NCBI GenBank assembly: GCA_016839805.1
Contig: JAEOTO010000032.1
Span: forward strand, 32,001 to 96,000
Length of the DNA stretch: 64,000 nt
Direction: 5' to 3'
Origin: Candidatus Hermodarchaeota archaeon
GTDB taxonomy: Archaea > Asgardarchaeota > Hermodarchaeia > Hermodarchaeales > Hermodarchaeaceae
The notes below the pieces were generated by a model, which was not told the origin of the DNA, did not search any database, and worked only from the letters and a program-made list of their open reading frames with translations. This document shows, in pieces, positions 49,090-59,882 of the stretch; positions within the stretch are counted from its first letter, which is position 1, and each line of letters begins with the position of its first letter. The translations under genes were made by a program, and so were the position numbers.

Positions 49090-52000
49090 TTAGGTTTTTC
49101 CTTCAATCATTAGCAAACCTTCTTCGAATTTCACAGAAAAGACCTGTGATATACCATCTACCATAGCCACACCCAAGAGGGTCTGTGCCAGTCTTATCGT
49201 GATTTCGTTATGAGAGATTATTATAAACTGAGAGTTTTGAGAGAGATTTTCAATAAGTTTTGCGACTCGGTCGGCATTGTTGGGATCAAGTGCCTCATCG
49301 ATTTCGTCAAGGAAGTAGAAAGGTGCAGGTTGATGGAGCTGCAGTGCAAACATGAAGGTTAAGGCCGTGAGGGCTTTTTCTCCACCAGATAATGCATCAA
49401 GATATTGAATGCGTTTTCCAGCTGGCCGCACGCGCATTCGTATCCCACCAAGAAAGGGGTTTTCTGCGTTTTCCAACTCAAGTTGGCCTTCACCATTGGT
49501 GAGTTGTTGGTATACATCAGTGAAATTGTGTGAGATGCTATTAAAGGCGGTCATAAATACACGGAACTTTTCTTCCTCCGCTCTTCGCATTGCGTCAAGA
49601 ATAGCCTCCCGTTCCTCTCGGATTCGACGTTCCTTTTCAAGGATTTCATCAAAGGCGTGACGAATTTCTTCAAAGCGTTCGACTGCTTTTTGGTTAATAA
49701 GACCAAGCTGTTCACGTTCTTGTTGTAGGTTGGATATTTGTCTTCGAATGCTATGCACAGTCGAGGGTTCAATGGGTATAGCGGGTGGTTCTAAATCACC
49801 AACCTTTTCCCTTTGAACTGTATAGCGTTCTTCCCATTGTTCTATCCGCCCTTCAATTTTAGATCGATCCATCTTTTCTTCATTGATTTTATCAAATAGA
49901 TCGTCGATCGTGACAGTTAATCGCCGGCTTTCTGCTTCACTTTCAGATATATGGTTTTCAAGATCATGTATCTGTTTCTCTAAATTCTCATTGATGGTTT
50001 CTAAGGAAGCCAATTCTAATTGACTTCGTTGGATTTCTTTTTCATTTAATTCAAGCTCGTTAGTCGTTTGTTCCAATTCACTTTTCGTATTAGCAAGATC
50101 GCCTGATAGTCTTGTAAATTCTATTTTTGCGTGTCTTGCTTCACCTGTTTTTTCCGTTAACTCTAGTTGAGTTTCACGGAGTTGAGATTCCAACTCGTCG
50201 AGCTCAGAACGAAGTTTAGTGAGATTGGGATCGAGACTACTTCGTTCTAAGTTAGAAAGGTTTTGCTGTAATTTTTCGCGTTTTCGCGCGAGTTCATCAA
50301 TTTCTAATTGCGTGGATTGTAGTTTTTCATCCAAAGTGATTTTGGCTTTTTCATCGCCTTTCAAGGATTCATGCAGTTTCGCAATACTTGATTTGAAAGT
50401 TTGAAGTTTTGCTTCTTGTTCGGTAACAACTTCATTTGCTTGATCTTTCCTAACTTGTAATTTTTCAGCAATTTTTTGCTTTTCACGAATTTGATCGACA
50501 AGTTGTGTAAGAGTTTCCTTCCTTTTGTTATATTCCCGTTCAGTTTTTGCTTGTAATGTACGTAACTCTTTGAGTTTTTTCTGTAACTCAGGAATTCGAG
50601 CCTCCTCTTCGAGAGTCAGCGATGAGATACCCTTGAAATAGCCTCCAGTAATGGTTCGATTTGGCTCTACCACATCGCCATCAATGGTAATTTTTCTAAT
50701 TCCCGGAGCGGTGATGTTTCGTGCAACCTTTAGGTCTTTAACAATTAGTGTACGACCAAACACAAATTCAAAAGCGGGGCGGTACTGTTCATCAAATGAG
50801 AGCAACTCCAGTGCATTTCCTACAACACCTTTTTGCTCCTTCTTGTAAGTGTAGGTATCTGTTTTGATAGAGCTGAGTGGAATGAAGGAAACCCGACCCA
50901 GGCGATTCTTTTTCAAATGCTCAATGCATTTAGTGGCAGTGTCTTCGTTATCCACGACCACGAAATCTAATCGACCTCCTCCTGCAACCTCAAGTGCAGT
51001 CGCATATTCAGTGGAAGTTTTTCCCAAGCGGCCTAAGGTTCCAAAAACTCCAGAAATTTTCCCATCATTAACATATTTCATGACCGCATCAGTTGCAGCC
51101 TTTCGTGTGAACCCATACTTTTTGAATTCACGAATTGTTTTTAATCGTGTTTGCGCTTCTAACAACTCTTCTTTAGAATCCTGAATGAGTTTTATCAGTT
51201 CTTCGTGACTATTCTGTTTTTCTAGAACCGATGTCTCGAGTTCTTCATGTTGTTTATTGAGGTTATTTACTTCTGATTGAACAGTCTGTAGTTCTTTTTC
51301 GATGCTTTGAAGATCGGTTTGTGCCTCTAGTAAACCGCGTTCTTGTTGGGGTAGGAACGTGTAACTTTCGTCAATTTGTAGTTTAAGGTTATTAATCCCT
51401 GTGTCAGAAACTCGGCTTAATGCTGAAATTTCACCAAGCTCGCTTCTCTTTTTCTCAATTGCATCAGTAAGTGTTAGAATTTGCTCTCTTAAAGAGAGAT
51501 ATTCTGTATCAGGTAAAGATATTTGATCTGAGAGTTCTGATAGGCGAGAACGAATTTGTGAAACTTGTTCTGAGAATGAAGTTTCTTGTGATTTGAGGGC
51601 CATAATTTCCGTTTCAAGATTTTTATTTTTTGATTTTTGATCAGCTTCTTGGGATTCAAGATGTGCAGCGCTTGAGGAAAGTAAGTCTATCTGTTTAGTA
51701 ATTTTGTCTGATGTTAGTTGCAATCCCTTCAAGATTTCACGGAGTCGGGTGGCTTCAATCTCTTTCTTGTGTAATTGTTGATCCAAATCCTTGATTTGTG
51801 TAGCTCCGTTTTGGATACTTTCTTCTAGTTCTAATTTCCGATTCTTTGCTTCTGTTCTTTGATTTTCTAATTCTTCGATTTTACTGGTAAAGGCTGCGTA
51901 TTCCTCTTTCATGTTATTCAATCGTTGTTCAATTCTTGCAAGTTCTGCGAAGACTAAATCCTTTTCCAAGTGAGCAAGTTTATCTGTTATTCCGCGCCAA

Positions 52001-52647
52001 CGAAGGGCATCTTTTCGATCCTTTTCAAGCCGAGTGTATTCTTGACGAATTTCCTCTGTCCGCATTTGTACCATTTTCAGGTTTTGATCGACTTTGACTA
52101 GTTCACTTTCGATTTGTTGTTTCTTCTCGTCAAAAACTGAAATACCAGCCACGCCTTCTACAACCTGTCGTATTTCCGTCGTTGTCATGCTAATAATATT
52201 AGCAAGTTCATTTTGCATCACGATATTGTGTCCTTCTGGATGTAATCCAGCTACGGCGATTGTGTCGAGCATTTCAGTCCGAGTAACTCGTTTGCCCCCT
52301 ATTCGATAGGAGCTTATGCCGCTCTCATCTACCTCTCTGCTAATAGTAACATCATCAGCATCTATTGGAAACTGCCGGTCTGTATTATCAAAAACTAGGT
52401 TTATCCGACATAATTTAGCAGGGGACTTTTCTATTCCGCCATTAAATAGTAGAGACGCAAAATTCTCCGCACGAAGTGACTTACTACTTAACCGCCCTAA
52501 TACAAAGCATACAGCATCTAAGATATTGCTTTTCCCACACCCATTTTCGCCAACAATAGCAGTAAAACCTGGGGTAAAGTTAATGCTGGTTTTTCGTGGA
52601 CTAAAACTTTTGAACCCTTGAATTGAAACTTGCCGAATGAAAGCCAC
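49090..52647 (-). CDS. smc: Chromosome segregation protein SMC
   Basis: GFKSF, GENGCGKSN, hinge, LSGGE, LDEID, long coiled coils. Confidence 0.96.
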   Translation of the reverse strand: MAFIRQVSIQGFKSFSPRKTSINFTPGFTAIVGENGCGKSNILDAVCFVLGRLSSKSLRAENFASLLFNGGIEKSPAKLCRINLVFDNTDRQFPIDADDVTISREVDESGISSYRIGGKRVTRTEMLDTIAVAGLHPEGHNIVMQNELANIISMTTTEIRQVVEGVAGISVFDEKKQQIESELVKVDQNLKMVQMRTEEIRQEYTRLEKDRKDALRWRGITDKLAHLEKDLVFAELARIEQRLNNMKEEYAAFTSKIEELENQRTEAKNRKLELEESIQNGATQIKDLDQQLHKKEIEATRLREILKGLQLTSDKITKQIDLLSSSAAHLESQEADQKSKNKNLETEIMALKSQETSFSEQVSQIRSRLSELSDQISLPDTEYLSLREQILTLTDAIEKKRSELGEISALSRVSDTGINNLKLQIDESYTFLPQQERGLLEAQTDLQSIEKELQTVQSEVNNLNKQHEELETSVLEKQNSHEELIKLIQDSKEELLEAQTRLKTIREFKKYGFTRKAATDAVMKYVNDGKISGVFGTLGRLGKTSTEYATALEVAGGGRLDFVVVDNEDTATKCIEHLKKNRLGRVSFIPLSSIKTDTYTYKKEQKGVVGNALELLSFDEQYRPAFEFVFGRTLIVKDLKVARNITAPGIRKITIDGDVVEPNRTITGGYFKGISSLTLEEEARIPELQKKLKELRTLQAKTEREYNKRKETLTQLVDQIREKQKIAEKLQVRKDQANEVVTEQEAKLQTFKSSIAKLHESLKGDEKAKITLDEKLQSTQLEIDELARKREKLQQNLSNLERSSLDPNLTKLRSELDELESQLRETQLELTEKTGEARHAKIEFTRLSGDLANTKSELEQTTNELELNEKEIQRSQLELASLETINENLEKQIHDLENHISESEAESRRLTVTIDDLFDKINEEKMDRSKIEGRIEQWEERYTVQREKVGDLEPPAIPIEPSTVHSIRRQISNLQQEREQLGLINQKAVERFEEIRHAFDEILEKERRIREEREAILDAMRRAEEEKFRVFMTAFNSISHNFTDVYQQLTNGEGQLELENAENPFLGGIRMRVRPAGKRIQYLDALSGGEKALTALTFMFALQLHQPAPFYFLDEIDEALDPNNADRVAKLIENLSQNSQFIIISHNEITIRLAQTLLGVAMVDGISQVFSVKFEEGLLMIEGKT

Positions 52648-52791
52648 GAGAAAACGCCTACCCACTAACTTTTATATCTTAGTCAGACGCGGCAACAGAT
52701 GGAAATACCACTACAAAAAGGTCTCGAAATTACTTTTTTGAATAAGTTTGTCAAGAATTTTTCCGGTTTATCTAGCTGAAAAATAAATTTC

Positions 52792-53157
52792 TTAGTCTTT
52801 CGAAATTTTTTCGACAGCCGCCCGAAGGCTTCTGATAATAAGACCTAAGCTTGCTGCGGCATCTTTACCGGCGATGGCAACAACTATAGTTTTTGAAGCA
52901 GTTACTGCTACTGTATAACCCTTGTTCGTTTCTAGGTACATAGCTTGTGTTGGCCCTTGGTCAACGGCTTTGTTTACATTTTTTGTTTCTTTCAAAACGG
53001 TAACAACGCTTGAAACAATTGCGCTGTGATCCGTTTCCCTTAATGTCTGTCCAGCGACCACTTTCCCTGTACTAGAAGCAGTAATTATACCCTCAAGTTC
53101 GGGAATAGTGTCCATGATTTCAGCGAGAATCTTTTCTATCTCTTTCTTACCTAGCAT
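52792..53157 (-). CDS. Roadblock/LC7-domain protein
   Basis: Alpha-beta pattern IPELEGIITASSTG...ASLGLI. Confidence 0.75.
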   Translation of the reverse strand: MLGKKEIEKILAEIMDTIPELEGIITASSTGKVVAGQTLRETDHSAIVSSVVTVLKETKNVNKAVDQGPTQAMYLETNKGYTVAVTASKTIVVAIAGKDAAASLGLIIRSLRAAVEKISKD

Positions 53158-53358
53158 GAAAGCCACACCCATCGCCAGGGAAATATGGCAATTACCTCGT
53201 ACGATAAACAAGCATTGGTCTTTGTATTTAAAAACTGTGCGCAGATAGAGCGAACTCGATAGATTTTTTCAAAAAGTCGTGGGTAACTCCGAACAAGAGG
53301 GAACTTTTATAACTTCTATGAGTGACCACTAGTCAGTGGCTAGAGAGCGTGGAGTACA

Positions 53359-53646
53359 ATGATTGGCGGAAAAGCATTGAAAGATTCACTCAAACGTCTC
53401 GGTGCACATGAAGGTGTTCGCGGCGTAATTATAACTAATATGGAAGGTCTACCAATCAGCTCCAATCTTAATGCAGAAACAACTGAAGTCATCTCTGCAC
53501 TCGTAACATCGTTAGTCGGAAAAGCTAAACGCGTTGTCGACGAACTTGGTGAAGGCGGCATGAACTTTCTCACAATCTCAACACCCAAAGGAGAAGTTAT
53601 GGTCGCTCCGGAAGAAGATTACATACTCATAGTCCTTCGAGGATGA
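53359..53646 (+). CDS. Roadblock/LC7 protein (dynein light chain roadblock-like)
   Basis: LKRL...[17 protein letters not shown]...[14 protein letters not shown]. Confidence 0.85.
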   Translation: MIGGKALKDSLKRLGAHEGVRGVIITNMEGLPISSNLNAETTEVISALVTSLVGKAKRVVDELGEGGMNFLTISTPKGEVMVAPEEDYILIVLRG

Positions 53647-53771
53647 TACAACAGCTAACCCTAACCCCTCGAGAACTCCCCAACCCTGAATAGCCCACGT
53701 TCTTCCACACAAAAGATATAAGCTGCCCCTCAAATGGTAACTCTTGCAAGCTTGGTGGAAAGGGATCAACC

Positions 53772-54242
53772 TTGTCAATAACAGTAAGGCAATTCGATGA
53801 AATCCTCTCTGATGTTATAAAGAGCGAGCCTGGAATTAAGAAGACAATCCTTGTCGACCGAACTGGGTTAACTATAGCACATGTCTCGAAATTTTCATAC
53901 TATCCCGTAGATGTTGATGGTATTGGAGCCATTGCGAGTGCTGTTTTTTGTGCTAGCGAAGAACAGGGAAAAAGTCTTGATGTCGGTGACTTAACAATTG
54001 TGACATCGGAGTTTGGTGATGGAAAGATATTCGCTGCTGGTGCTGGTAAAGGCGTACTCTGTGTTATCACGGATAAAGAAGTGAACATTGGAATGATTCG
54101 CCTAACAATGATGAAAGCCGCTGCTGAGCTTGCCAAGGTATTAGACGAATTTATGGCAGAGAAACCAGCTGTTGCCGCTGGCAAGACTGATGCGGAGCGT
54201 GAGGAGCTACGCGCAGCACTGGGCGAACTCGAGAAGGGTTGA
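53772..54242 (+). CDS. Roadblock/LC7 protein (MglB-like)
   Basis: ILVDRTGL...NIGMIRL; directly upstream of an MglA-like GTPase. Confidence 0.8.
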   Translation: MSITVRQFDEILSDVIKSEPGIKKTILVDRTGLTIAHVSKFSYYPVDVDGIGAIASAVFCASEEQGKSLDVGDLTIVTSEFGDGKIFAAGAGKGVLCVITDKEVNIGMIRLTMMKAAAELAKVLDEFMAEKPAVAAGKTDAEREELRAALGELEKG

Positions 54243-54287
54243 TAGGGACGGGAAAATGCAAGGTGAACAAGGAGGAACCGTCCTACA

Positions 54288-54875
54288 TTGAAGAAAGACA
54301 CGCAAGGCAGAATACATTTCAAGATTGTCTTCTGGGGACCCTCACTGTCTGGAAAGACCACAGCGCTTCGTTGGATTTACGATAATGTGGAGGGGTTAAA
54401 TAAAGGCGGATTCACCTCTGTTGCTGACCATACTGGAAGAACACTCTTTTTTGATTATACCCCTATGCAAGCTACAGCCCAAGTAGTATTTGATGTGTAT
54501 ACTGTTGCGGGTCAGCGTCGACACCGGGGACAGCGAAAAGTCATTTTGACTGGTGTAGATGGGATAATCTTTGTCGCTGATTCTTCTCCAGACCAAATGG
54601 AAGCGAACATTGAGAGTATGGCTGAGCTTCGATCATTTGTTGGAGAAGAGCTTGGACATTCAATCAGCCTTGTTGTTATGTTAAACAAGCAGGATTTGCC
54701 GAATGCAATGGTAAAAACGGTTATGTTAGCAAAATTAGGACTTGGAAATGCCCCTAATTTTACCACCTGTGCTCTAACAGGTGAAAATGTTAAACGCACC
54801 TTTAGACAGGTTACTCGCGATATCTTGATGTACCATTTGTACCCTAAGACATCTGCAAAAGCATCTGCGAGTTAG
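54288..54875 (+). CDS. MglA-like small GTPase
   Basis: GPSLSGKTT, RTLFFD, YTVAGQ, GVDGIIFVADS, NKQD. Confidence 0.88.
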   Translation: MKKDTQGRIHFKIVFWGPSLSGKTTALRWIYDNVEGLNKGGFTSVADHTGRTLFFDYTPMQATAQVVFDVYTVAGQRRHRGQRKVILTGVDGIIFVADSSPDQMEANIESMAELRSFVGEELGHSISLVVMLNKQDLPNAMVKTVMLAKLGLGNAPNFTTCALTGENVKRTFRQVTRDILMYHLYPKTSAKASAS

Positions 54876-54882
54876 ACCGAAA

Positions 54883-55266
54883 TTGATGATTCCCAGTTCC
54901 CCTGAAATAGACAAGATTCTCCAAAACCTTACTGAATCTGTGGACGAGATAGAGGCCGCTGTTGTTGTAGGTGTAGATGGCCTTCCTATAGCAGCAAATC
55001 TTCCCGAGGAATTCGATGAAACACTTCTATCGGCTATGAGCGCAGCATTGCTCACAGTAGGAGAACGAGCAGCATCAGACTTGGGAAAAGGCGCACTCCA
55101 CCAAGTTTTTGCTCAAGGTGGTTCAGGGGCCATTATCATGGTTGCTGCAGGGCCTGATTCGGTTTTAATGGTGAGTACAACAACATCATCATTGGCTGGA
55201 CTTGGGCTGGTATTTATTAATATGGAACGTGCTGCAAAGAAAATTGCCAAAAAACTCAACAAATAA
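54883..55266 (+). CDS. Roadblock/LC7-domain protein
   Basis: AVVVGVDGLPIA..LP...LSAMSAALL..GER...LGLVF. Confidence 0.85.
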   Translation: MMIPSSPEIDKILQNLTESVDEIEAAVVVGVDGLPIAANLPEEFDETLLSAMSAALLTVGERAASDLGKGALHQVFAQGGSGAIIMVAAGPDSVLMVSTTTSSLAGLGLVFINMERAAKKIAKKLNK

Positions 55267-55335
55267 TAAATTAAAGAATTCATAAAACGAAAGGTTATAT
55301 ATCGCAGGATTTTGGCACTATTAGAGGATTAAACA

Positions 55336-56103
55336 GTGACGAACCTAATAGGACCGATTTATCATCTGTATTCTTGGTATCTATGGCGCCAAATAAAAGA
55401 TAAACCCATGCCAACTCATGTAGGTATTATTCTTGATGGAAATCGTCGGTATGCAAAGCAAACTAACCAAGAAGTCGTTTTTGGACACACAGTGGGCGCC
55501 CAACGGGTTGATGAGGTCCTCGATTGGTGTTTTGAGACTGGAATAAAAGTCGTCACGATTTACGCTTTTTCAACGGAGAATTTTTCTCGAACGCCAAAAG
55601 AAGTTCGTCACATCATGGAGTTAGCCAAGGAACGCTTTGAAACAGTTGCAAGATCCGAAGTTGTGCATCGCCATCAAGTTAGAGTTCGAGCGATTGGTCA
55701 ACTCTCTTTACTCCCGCATCAAGTATTAGCTGCAATTCAAGAAGCAGAAAAAACAACAGCAAACTATGAGAAATTCCAGCTTAACGTAGCAATTGGTTAT
55801 GGTGGACGAACAGAGATAGTTGATGCTGTTCAACGTATCGCACAAAAAGTCCAAAGTGGAGAACTGGACCCAGCACAGATTTCAGATGATACAATTGAAA
55901 AGCATCTCTATACAGCCGGGATTGCTGACCCAGAGTTGATTATCCGAACCTCTGGCGAAGAACGATTATCTGGATTCCTTTTATGGCAATCAGCGTATTC
56001 TGAACTTTATTTTGCTGATGTGTACTGGCCCGAAATCCGAAAAATTGATTTTTGGCGTGCATTACGCACCTTTCAGCAACGAGAACGGAGATTTGGCAAC
56101 TAG
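55336..56103 (+). CDS. uppS: cis-prenyltransferase (UppS family)
   Basis: HVGIILDGNRRYA, FSTENF, IRTSGEERLS. Confidence 0.95.
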   Translation: MTNLIGPIYHLYSWYLWRQIKDKPMPTHVGIILDGNRRYAKQTNQEVVFGHTVGAQRVDEVLDWCFETGIKVVTIYAFSTENFSRTPKEVRHIMELAKERFETVARSEVVHRHQVRVRAIGQLSLLPHQVLAAIQEAEKTTANYEKFQLNVAIGYGGRTEIVDAVQRIAQKVQSGELDPAQISDDTIEKHLYTAGIADPELIIRTSGEERLSGFLLWQSAYSELYFADVYWPEIRKIDFWRALRTFQQRERRFGN

Positions 56104-56157
56104 GAAAACGTTATTCTAGCACTTCGAATGAGTGCTTAGAATTAGGAGGTATTTGAG

Positions 56158-56577
56158 ATACCACGAAAAAAAAGCAGAACAATTGCGTTATTAGTCGATA
56201 GCACTATCTCATCCTCCTTGACGGCAATTTTAACGCAGTTCCGTCCGCTATTAAAAGAAATTGGGAATATCAAGATTGCCAAAGTTTTATTATTGCAACA
56301 ACAGGCCTTGGACATCTCGAATGAAATTTCCCAAGAAGGTTTTACACCGATAATCGTTCATAGTGATTTAGATATCCATTTTTCTTTAGAAGCTATGGAA
56401 CTCATCTACAATGAAAAAATCGAGGTTTTAGCACTAGCAACCGAAAACGAAAAATTATTACCATTGTTTAATCGTGCAAAGGAGCTCGGAAAAGAAGTCA
56501 TTTTACTACTTACAACAAGCAAAGTTAGCCGTGGTTTGCAGAATGCAGCTGATTCAGTTCTTGCAATCAGTGCCTAA
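56158..56577 (+). CDS. Degenerate NYN/PIN-like protein, probable ATA start
   Basis: IALLVD N-terminus upstream of the first TTG; LPLFNRAKELGKEV, LQNAAD. Confidence 0.6.
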   Translation: MPRKKSRTIALLVDSTISSSLTAILTQFRPLLKEIGNIKIAKVLLLQQQALDISNEISQEGFTPIIVHSDLDIHFSLEAMELIYNEKIEVLALATENEKLLPLFNRAKELGKEVILLLTTSKVSRGLQNAADSVLAISA

Positions 56578-56581
56578 TTTT

Positions 56582-57451
56582 CTATAGCAATCCACGTTTC
56601 ATTAATAGTGAGAATTCTTCCATAGTAAGCCGTTCGCCACGCTTAAATTTTTCAAGCGCCGTTGAAGTCTTCTCTTCAAGGCGTTCTTCGAGCTCTTGAA
56701 TTTTTTCTACACGCTGTCGTATGCGAACTTCGCCTATTTCCTTCCTCAACCGGCTGTTTTCTTGTTTAGCTTCAATAAACCGTCGATGGGTTTCATCCGC
56801 TTCGCGGCGTGTCTCTAAATACCGACGATGTGCTTCATCAGCTTGTTTTCTAAGGGAATCTACTTCAGCATACGCTTCAATCATGAATTGATTTTCCTCT
56901 TGAGATAAGCGAGCAAACTCAAGAACTGAATTGTGCTGGGCATTCATTAGGAGACGAAGATCTTCGATTTCAGTCCGAGTACGGACACTTTCCTTTCGCT
57001 TTGCTGCTGCGTCTTCAGCTACCTTAAGTTCTTCTTCAAGCTGAGTAATTTGTTCAATGATTTCCCGCTCATGTTTTAAATCCAAAACCTGAGTCTGTAA
57101 CGACCAATCGAGTTCTCTAATTTTTCGACGAAGGACATGTGCAGGAGCAGAAGTTTTATTTTTAATTTCCTGAGCTACTTCCTCAGTATCTTGGCGCTCA
57201 TCAATCTTATCCTTGAGTTTCGAAAAAATCTCGTCACGCTTGACTTTGAATTCAGCTACCTTTTTATTATTGTCATCACGCTTTTCGCGGTGTTCGCGCG
57301 CTTTTGACAACCATTCAGCAACTTGTGCGTTGAGCCGATCCCTTTTCTTGACTAATTGTTGTGCTTCAGTATTTAGTTCGTCTCGCTTCTCACGCAATGT
57401 TGTCGTGAGTCGGCTTATTTCAGCAAGCCTGAGTACGGATTCCTCAGCCAC
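56582..57451 (-). CDS. Archaeal coiled-coil protein (COG1340-like)
   Basis: REKRDELN repeats, LQT..L....E, KFKRGERLT.EE. Confidence 0.75.
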   Translation of the reverse strand: MAEESVLRLAEISRLTTTLREKRDELNTEAQQLVKKRDRLNAQVAEWLSKAREHREKRDDNNKKVAEFKVKRDEIFSKLKDKIDERQDTEEVAQEIKNKTSAPAHVLRRKIRELDWSLQTQVLDLKHEREIIEQITQLEEELKVAEDAAAKRKESVRTRTEIEDLRLLMNAQHNSVLEFARLSQEENQFMIEAYAEVDSLRKQADEAHRRYLETRREADETHRRFIEAKQENSRLRKEIGEVRIRQRVEKIQELEERLEEKTSTALEKFKRGERLTMEEFSLLMKRGLL

Positions 57452-57587
57452 TATACCACCTTATTATAGAAATCGTCTGCGACGTTTTGGGAAGTTGAAG
57501 GGTGTATAGAAGAGGGATTTTTAAAACTAACGGAGCTCCACAACCTTCCAAGAATTCGCCTAACAGAAATAATAGAATTTATGTAAT

Positions 57588-58295
57588 CTAAGTTGATTCC
57601 TCTTCTAAAATGATCCGAGCATCAACACATTTTGCGCCTTTAGGATAAGCAAAGACTGGATTAAGATCGAGTTCCTTGATGACCGGATAATCCGTTACTA
57701 TTTTTGACACTTGTAATAAGATATTGACCAAAGCTGTAGTATCCGATGCCTCTTGTCCTCGAATGCCTGTAAGAATGGGATACCCCTTTATTTCTTGAAT
57801 CATCTCTTGGGCATCATGTTTTGTGATAGGAGCGACGCGGAAGCTGACATCTTCGAAGACTTCAACAAAAATTCCCCCGATACCAAACATAAGGGCAGGA
57901 CCAAATTGTGGATCTTTCAGTGCACCAATGATTACTTCTATTCCTTTTGGGGCAAATTCTTCAACGAAAATTCCTTTTATTTTTGCATTTGGTTTGTGCT
58001 TTTGTACATTTGACATTATTGTTTGGTAGCCAGTTCGAACTTCGTCCGCATTTTTGATATTAATAAGAACCCCACCAACATCGCTTTTATGGATGACATC
58101 ACGGCTCAAAATTTTAAGAACCACAGGATAGCCAATTTGTTCTGCTGACTGTATGGCAGCTTCTACTGTTTCTGCAATACTGAATTTCGTAACCGGAATT
58201 TTATACTTCTGCATAATTGTCTTGGCTTCATTTTCTAAGAGAAATGTTCGATTTTCCGACCGAGCTGTAGCAATGATTGCATCAACTTTCGACAT
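57588..58295 (-). CDS. Acetate--CoA ligase (ADP-forming) beta subunit
   Basis: GYPVVLKI, HKSDVGGV, DPQFGP, ELDLNP, VDARI. Confidence 0.9.
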   Translation of the reverse strand: MSKVDAIIATARSENRTFLLENEAKTIMQKYKIPVTKFSIAETVEAAIQSAEQIGYPVVLKILSRDVIHKSDVGGVLINIKNADEVRTGYQTIMSNVQKHKPNAKIKGIFVEEFAPKGIEVIIGALKDPQFGPALMFGIGGIFVEVFEDVSFRVAPITKHDAQEMIQEIKGYPILTGIRGQEASDTTALVNILLQVSKIVTDYPVIKELDLNPVFAYPKGAKCVDARIILEEEST

Positions 58296-58358
58296 TCTAT
58301 TCACCCTGTGAATCATACAACGAGCTAGTCTGGATTAAAACCTTTTAGTAAAACGAAA

Positions 58359-59126
58359 TTATCGGAAGATTTCAAATCCTTCGCCGCTGGTAAGGGTATT
58401 CGAAATGTTGGAAAAGAGTAATTCCAAGGTCTCATCTTTCAGAGATGATATTGGCACAATGTCTAGCCCAGAGAACAGTCGTTGGATAGATTTGTACAAT
58501 TCGGTTGAAAGTTCAATTTGTAATTCATTTCGCAAGGCATTCATATCATGAATTAACTGGTCAGGATCATCTAGCCACAATTCCAATTGCTCTTGCTCTT
58601 CTTCATTTAGTAAGTCTGCCCTAGATAAGACATTGAGTTGAGGTAACTGAAATCGTACTAACACTGATGCTGAAAGAAGGAGTGAGGAAACTAAACCAGC
58701 GGGATTTTTTCCTAATGCCGCATCAACCAAATAGACAATCATTTTACTTTCTCCTCCCAAACTAGAAACGATAATTGGTCCCGTATCTCTGAAGGCAAAT
58801 AGCTCAATTTGACCCGGAGCATCCAGTAATAGAAAATCAACTCCGAGTTCGTTGATTTCCTCTATGATAGTCTCAATACGAGTACTAATGAGATCAATGG
58901 CTGCAACGAGCCCACCATTGGGTCCAAGGTTATATTTTTCCATAATTCCTTGGAGGGAGACAAAGTCACGTACATCAATATCAGGTCCGTAGGGAAGATG
59001 TAACACACCGGGATCCAGATTCACAGTTCCAACACTCACCTTCGCGTTTCTAAGCCAATTAGCAAAAGTATGAGTCAACGTTGATTTTCCAGATCCAGCT
59101 GTACCAACAAAGTAAAGCGCATGCAA
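58359..59126 (-). CDS. GPN-loop GTPase
   Basis: GTAGSGKS, NLDP, LGPNGG, DAPGQIE. Confidence 0.92.
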   Translation of the reverse strand: MHALYFVGTAGSGKSTLTHTFANWLRNAKVSVGTVNLDPGVLHLPYGPDIDVRDFVSLQGIMEKYNLGPNGGLVAAIDLISTRIETIIEEINELGVDFLLLDAPGQIELFAFRDTGPIIVSSLGGESKMIVYLVDAALGKNPAGLVSSLLLSASVLVRFQLPQLNVLSRADLLNEEEQEQLELWLDDPDQLIHDMNALRNELQIELSTELYKSIQRLFSGLDIVPISSLKDETLELLFSNISNTLTSGEGFEIFR

Positions 59127-59141
59127 TGTTTCAGCAACACC

Positions 59142-59882
59142 TCAAATGGAAAATTTCCTTAACTTTTTAACCAACTCATTTGTTTCCTTTATTCTTGACA
59201 AATACAGGGGTATTTTTTCAACTTCAGCAATTTTACAGGCAACAGGATCAACATTTTTGGGACCATGAAGGATGATAACCGATGGTCGAACAGCTGGGCC
59301 TAGACCTATTTGCGACGTTCGAATTGCCACCATAGGTGATCGCCCTGTACTGACTCGTGTGAAAATCGCTGCGCGATTAGGAGTTGCACCATACAATTTG
59401 AGCATTTGTTCAGGTGTGAGTTGCAAAATTACTCGAAGACTATCAATAGTTGTATATCCAAAGATTTCACGGTTTTGAACCACGTCCTCGACGATAGTCT
59501 TGCATTCTAAAAAATCCGTTAATTTTTTCGCTAGAATTGCTGAGGGGAACTCGCGAATATCAAGTAGAATATCAGAGGGAATATCCTGACCTATAAGCCG
59601 AATAAAAGCCTGAACTATCTGTCCACCACGACTTTCATCAATCGCGATGATGCTTTCAGCAAATTTGCGTATAGTTTCAACTCGTGGCGATTTTCTTCTT
59701 CCACTTTCATAATCACTAATAACAGAGGGAGAGAGATCCAAGTGACTAGCGAGATCATGCTGAGCTACATTAAATTGCTCACGCCATTTCCGCATAACAC
59801 GACCAGGATTTTCAGCAAGAGTAATTTCGCCTGCTATGGTCTTAAGCAGATTATCTCGGGCGCTCTGATCAGATGGTTCCAT
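59142..59882 (-). CDS. HTH transcriptional regulator (archaeal COG1709-like)
   Basis: IAGEI, SPSVISDYESGRRKSP, VSTGRSPMVA. Confidence 0.85.
   Translation of the reverse strand: MEPSDQSARDNLLKTIAGEITLAENPGRVMRKWREQFNVAQHDLASHLDLSPSVISDYESGRRKSPRVETIRKFAESIIAIDESRGGQIVQAFIRLIGQDIPSDILLDIREFPSAILAKKLTDFLECKTIVEDVVQNREIFGYTTIDSLRVILQLTPEQMLKLYGATPNRAAIFTRVSTGRSPMVAIRTSQIGLGPAVRPSVIILHGPKNVDPVACKIAEVEKIPLYLSRIKETNELVKKLRKFSI

Noticed and set aside
53655-53667. CTAACCCTAACCC, resembling the vertebrate telomere repeat and telomerase template
   Set aside because: Only two units in a C-rich spacer with no supporting structure or reverse transcriptase; compatible with chance
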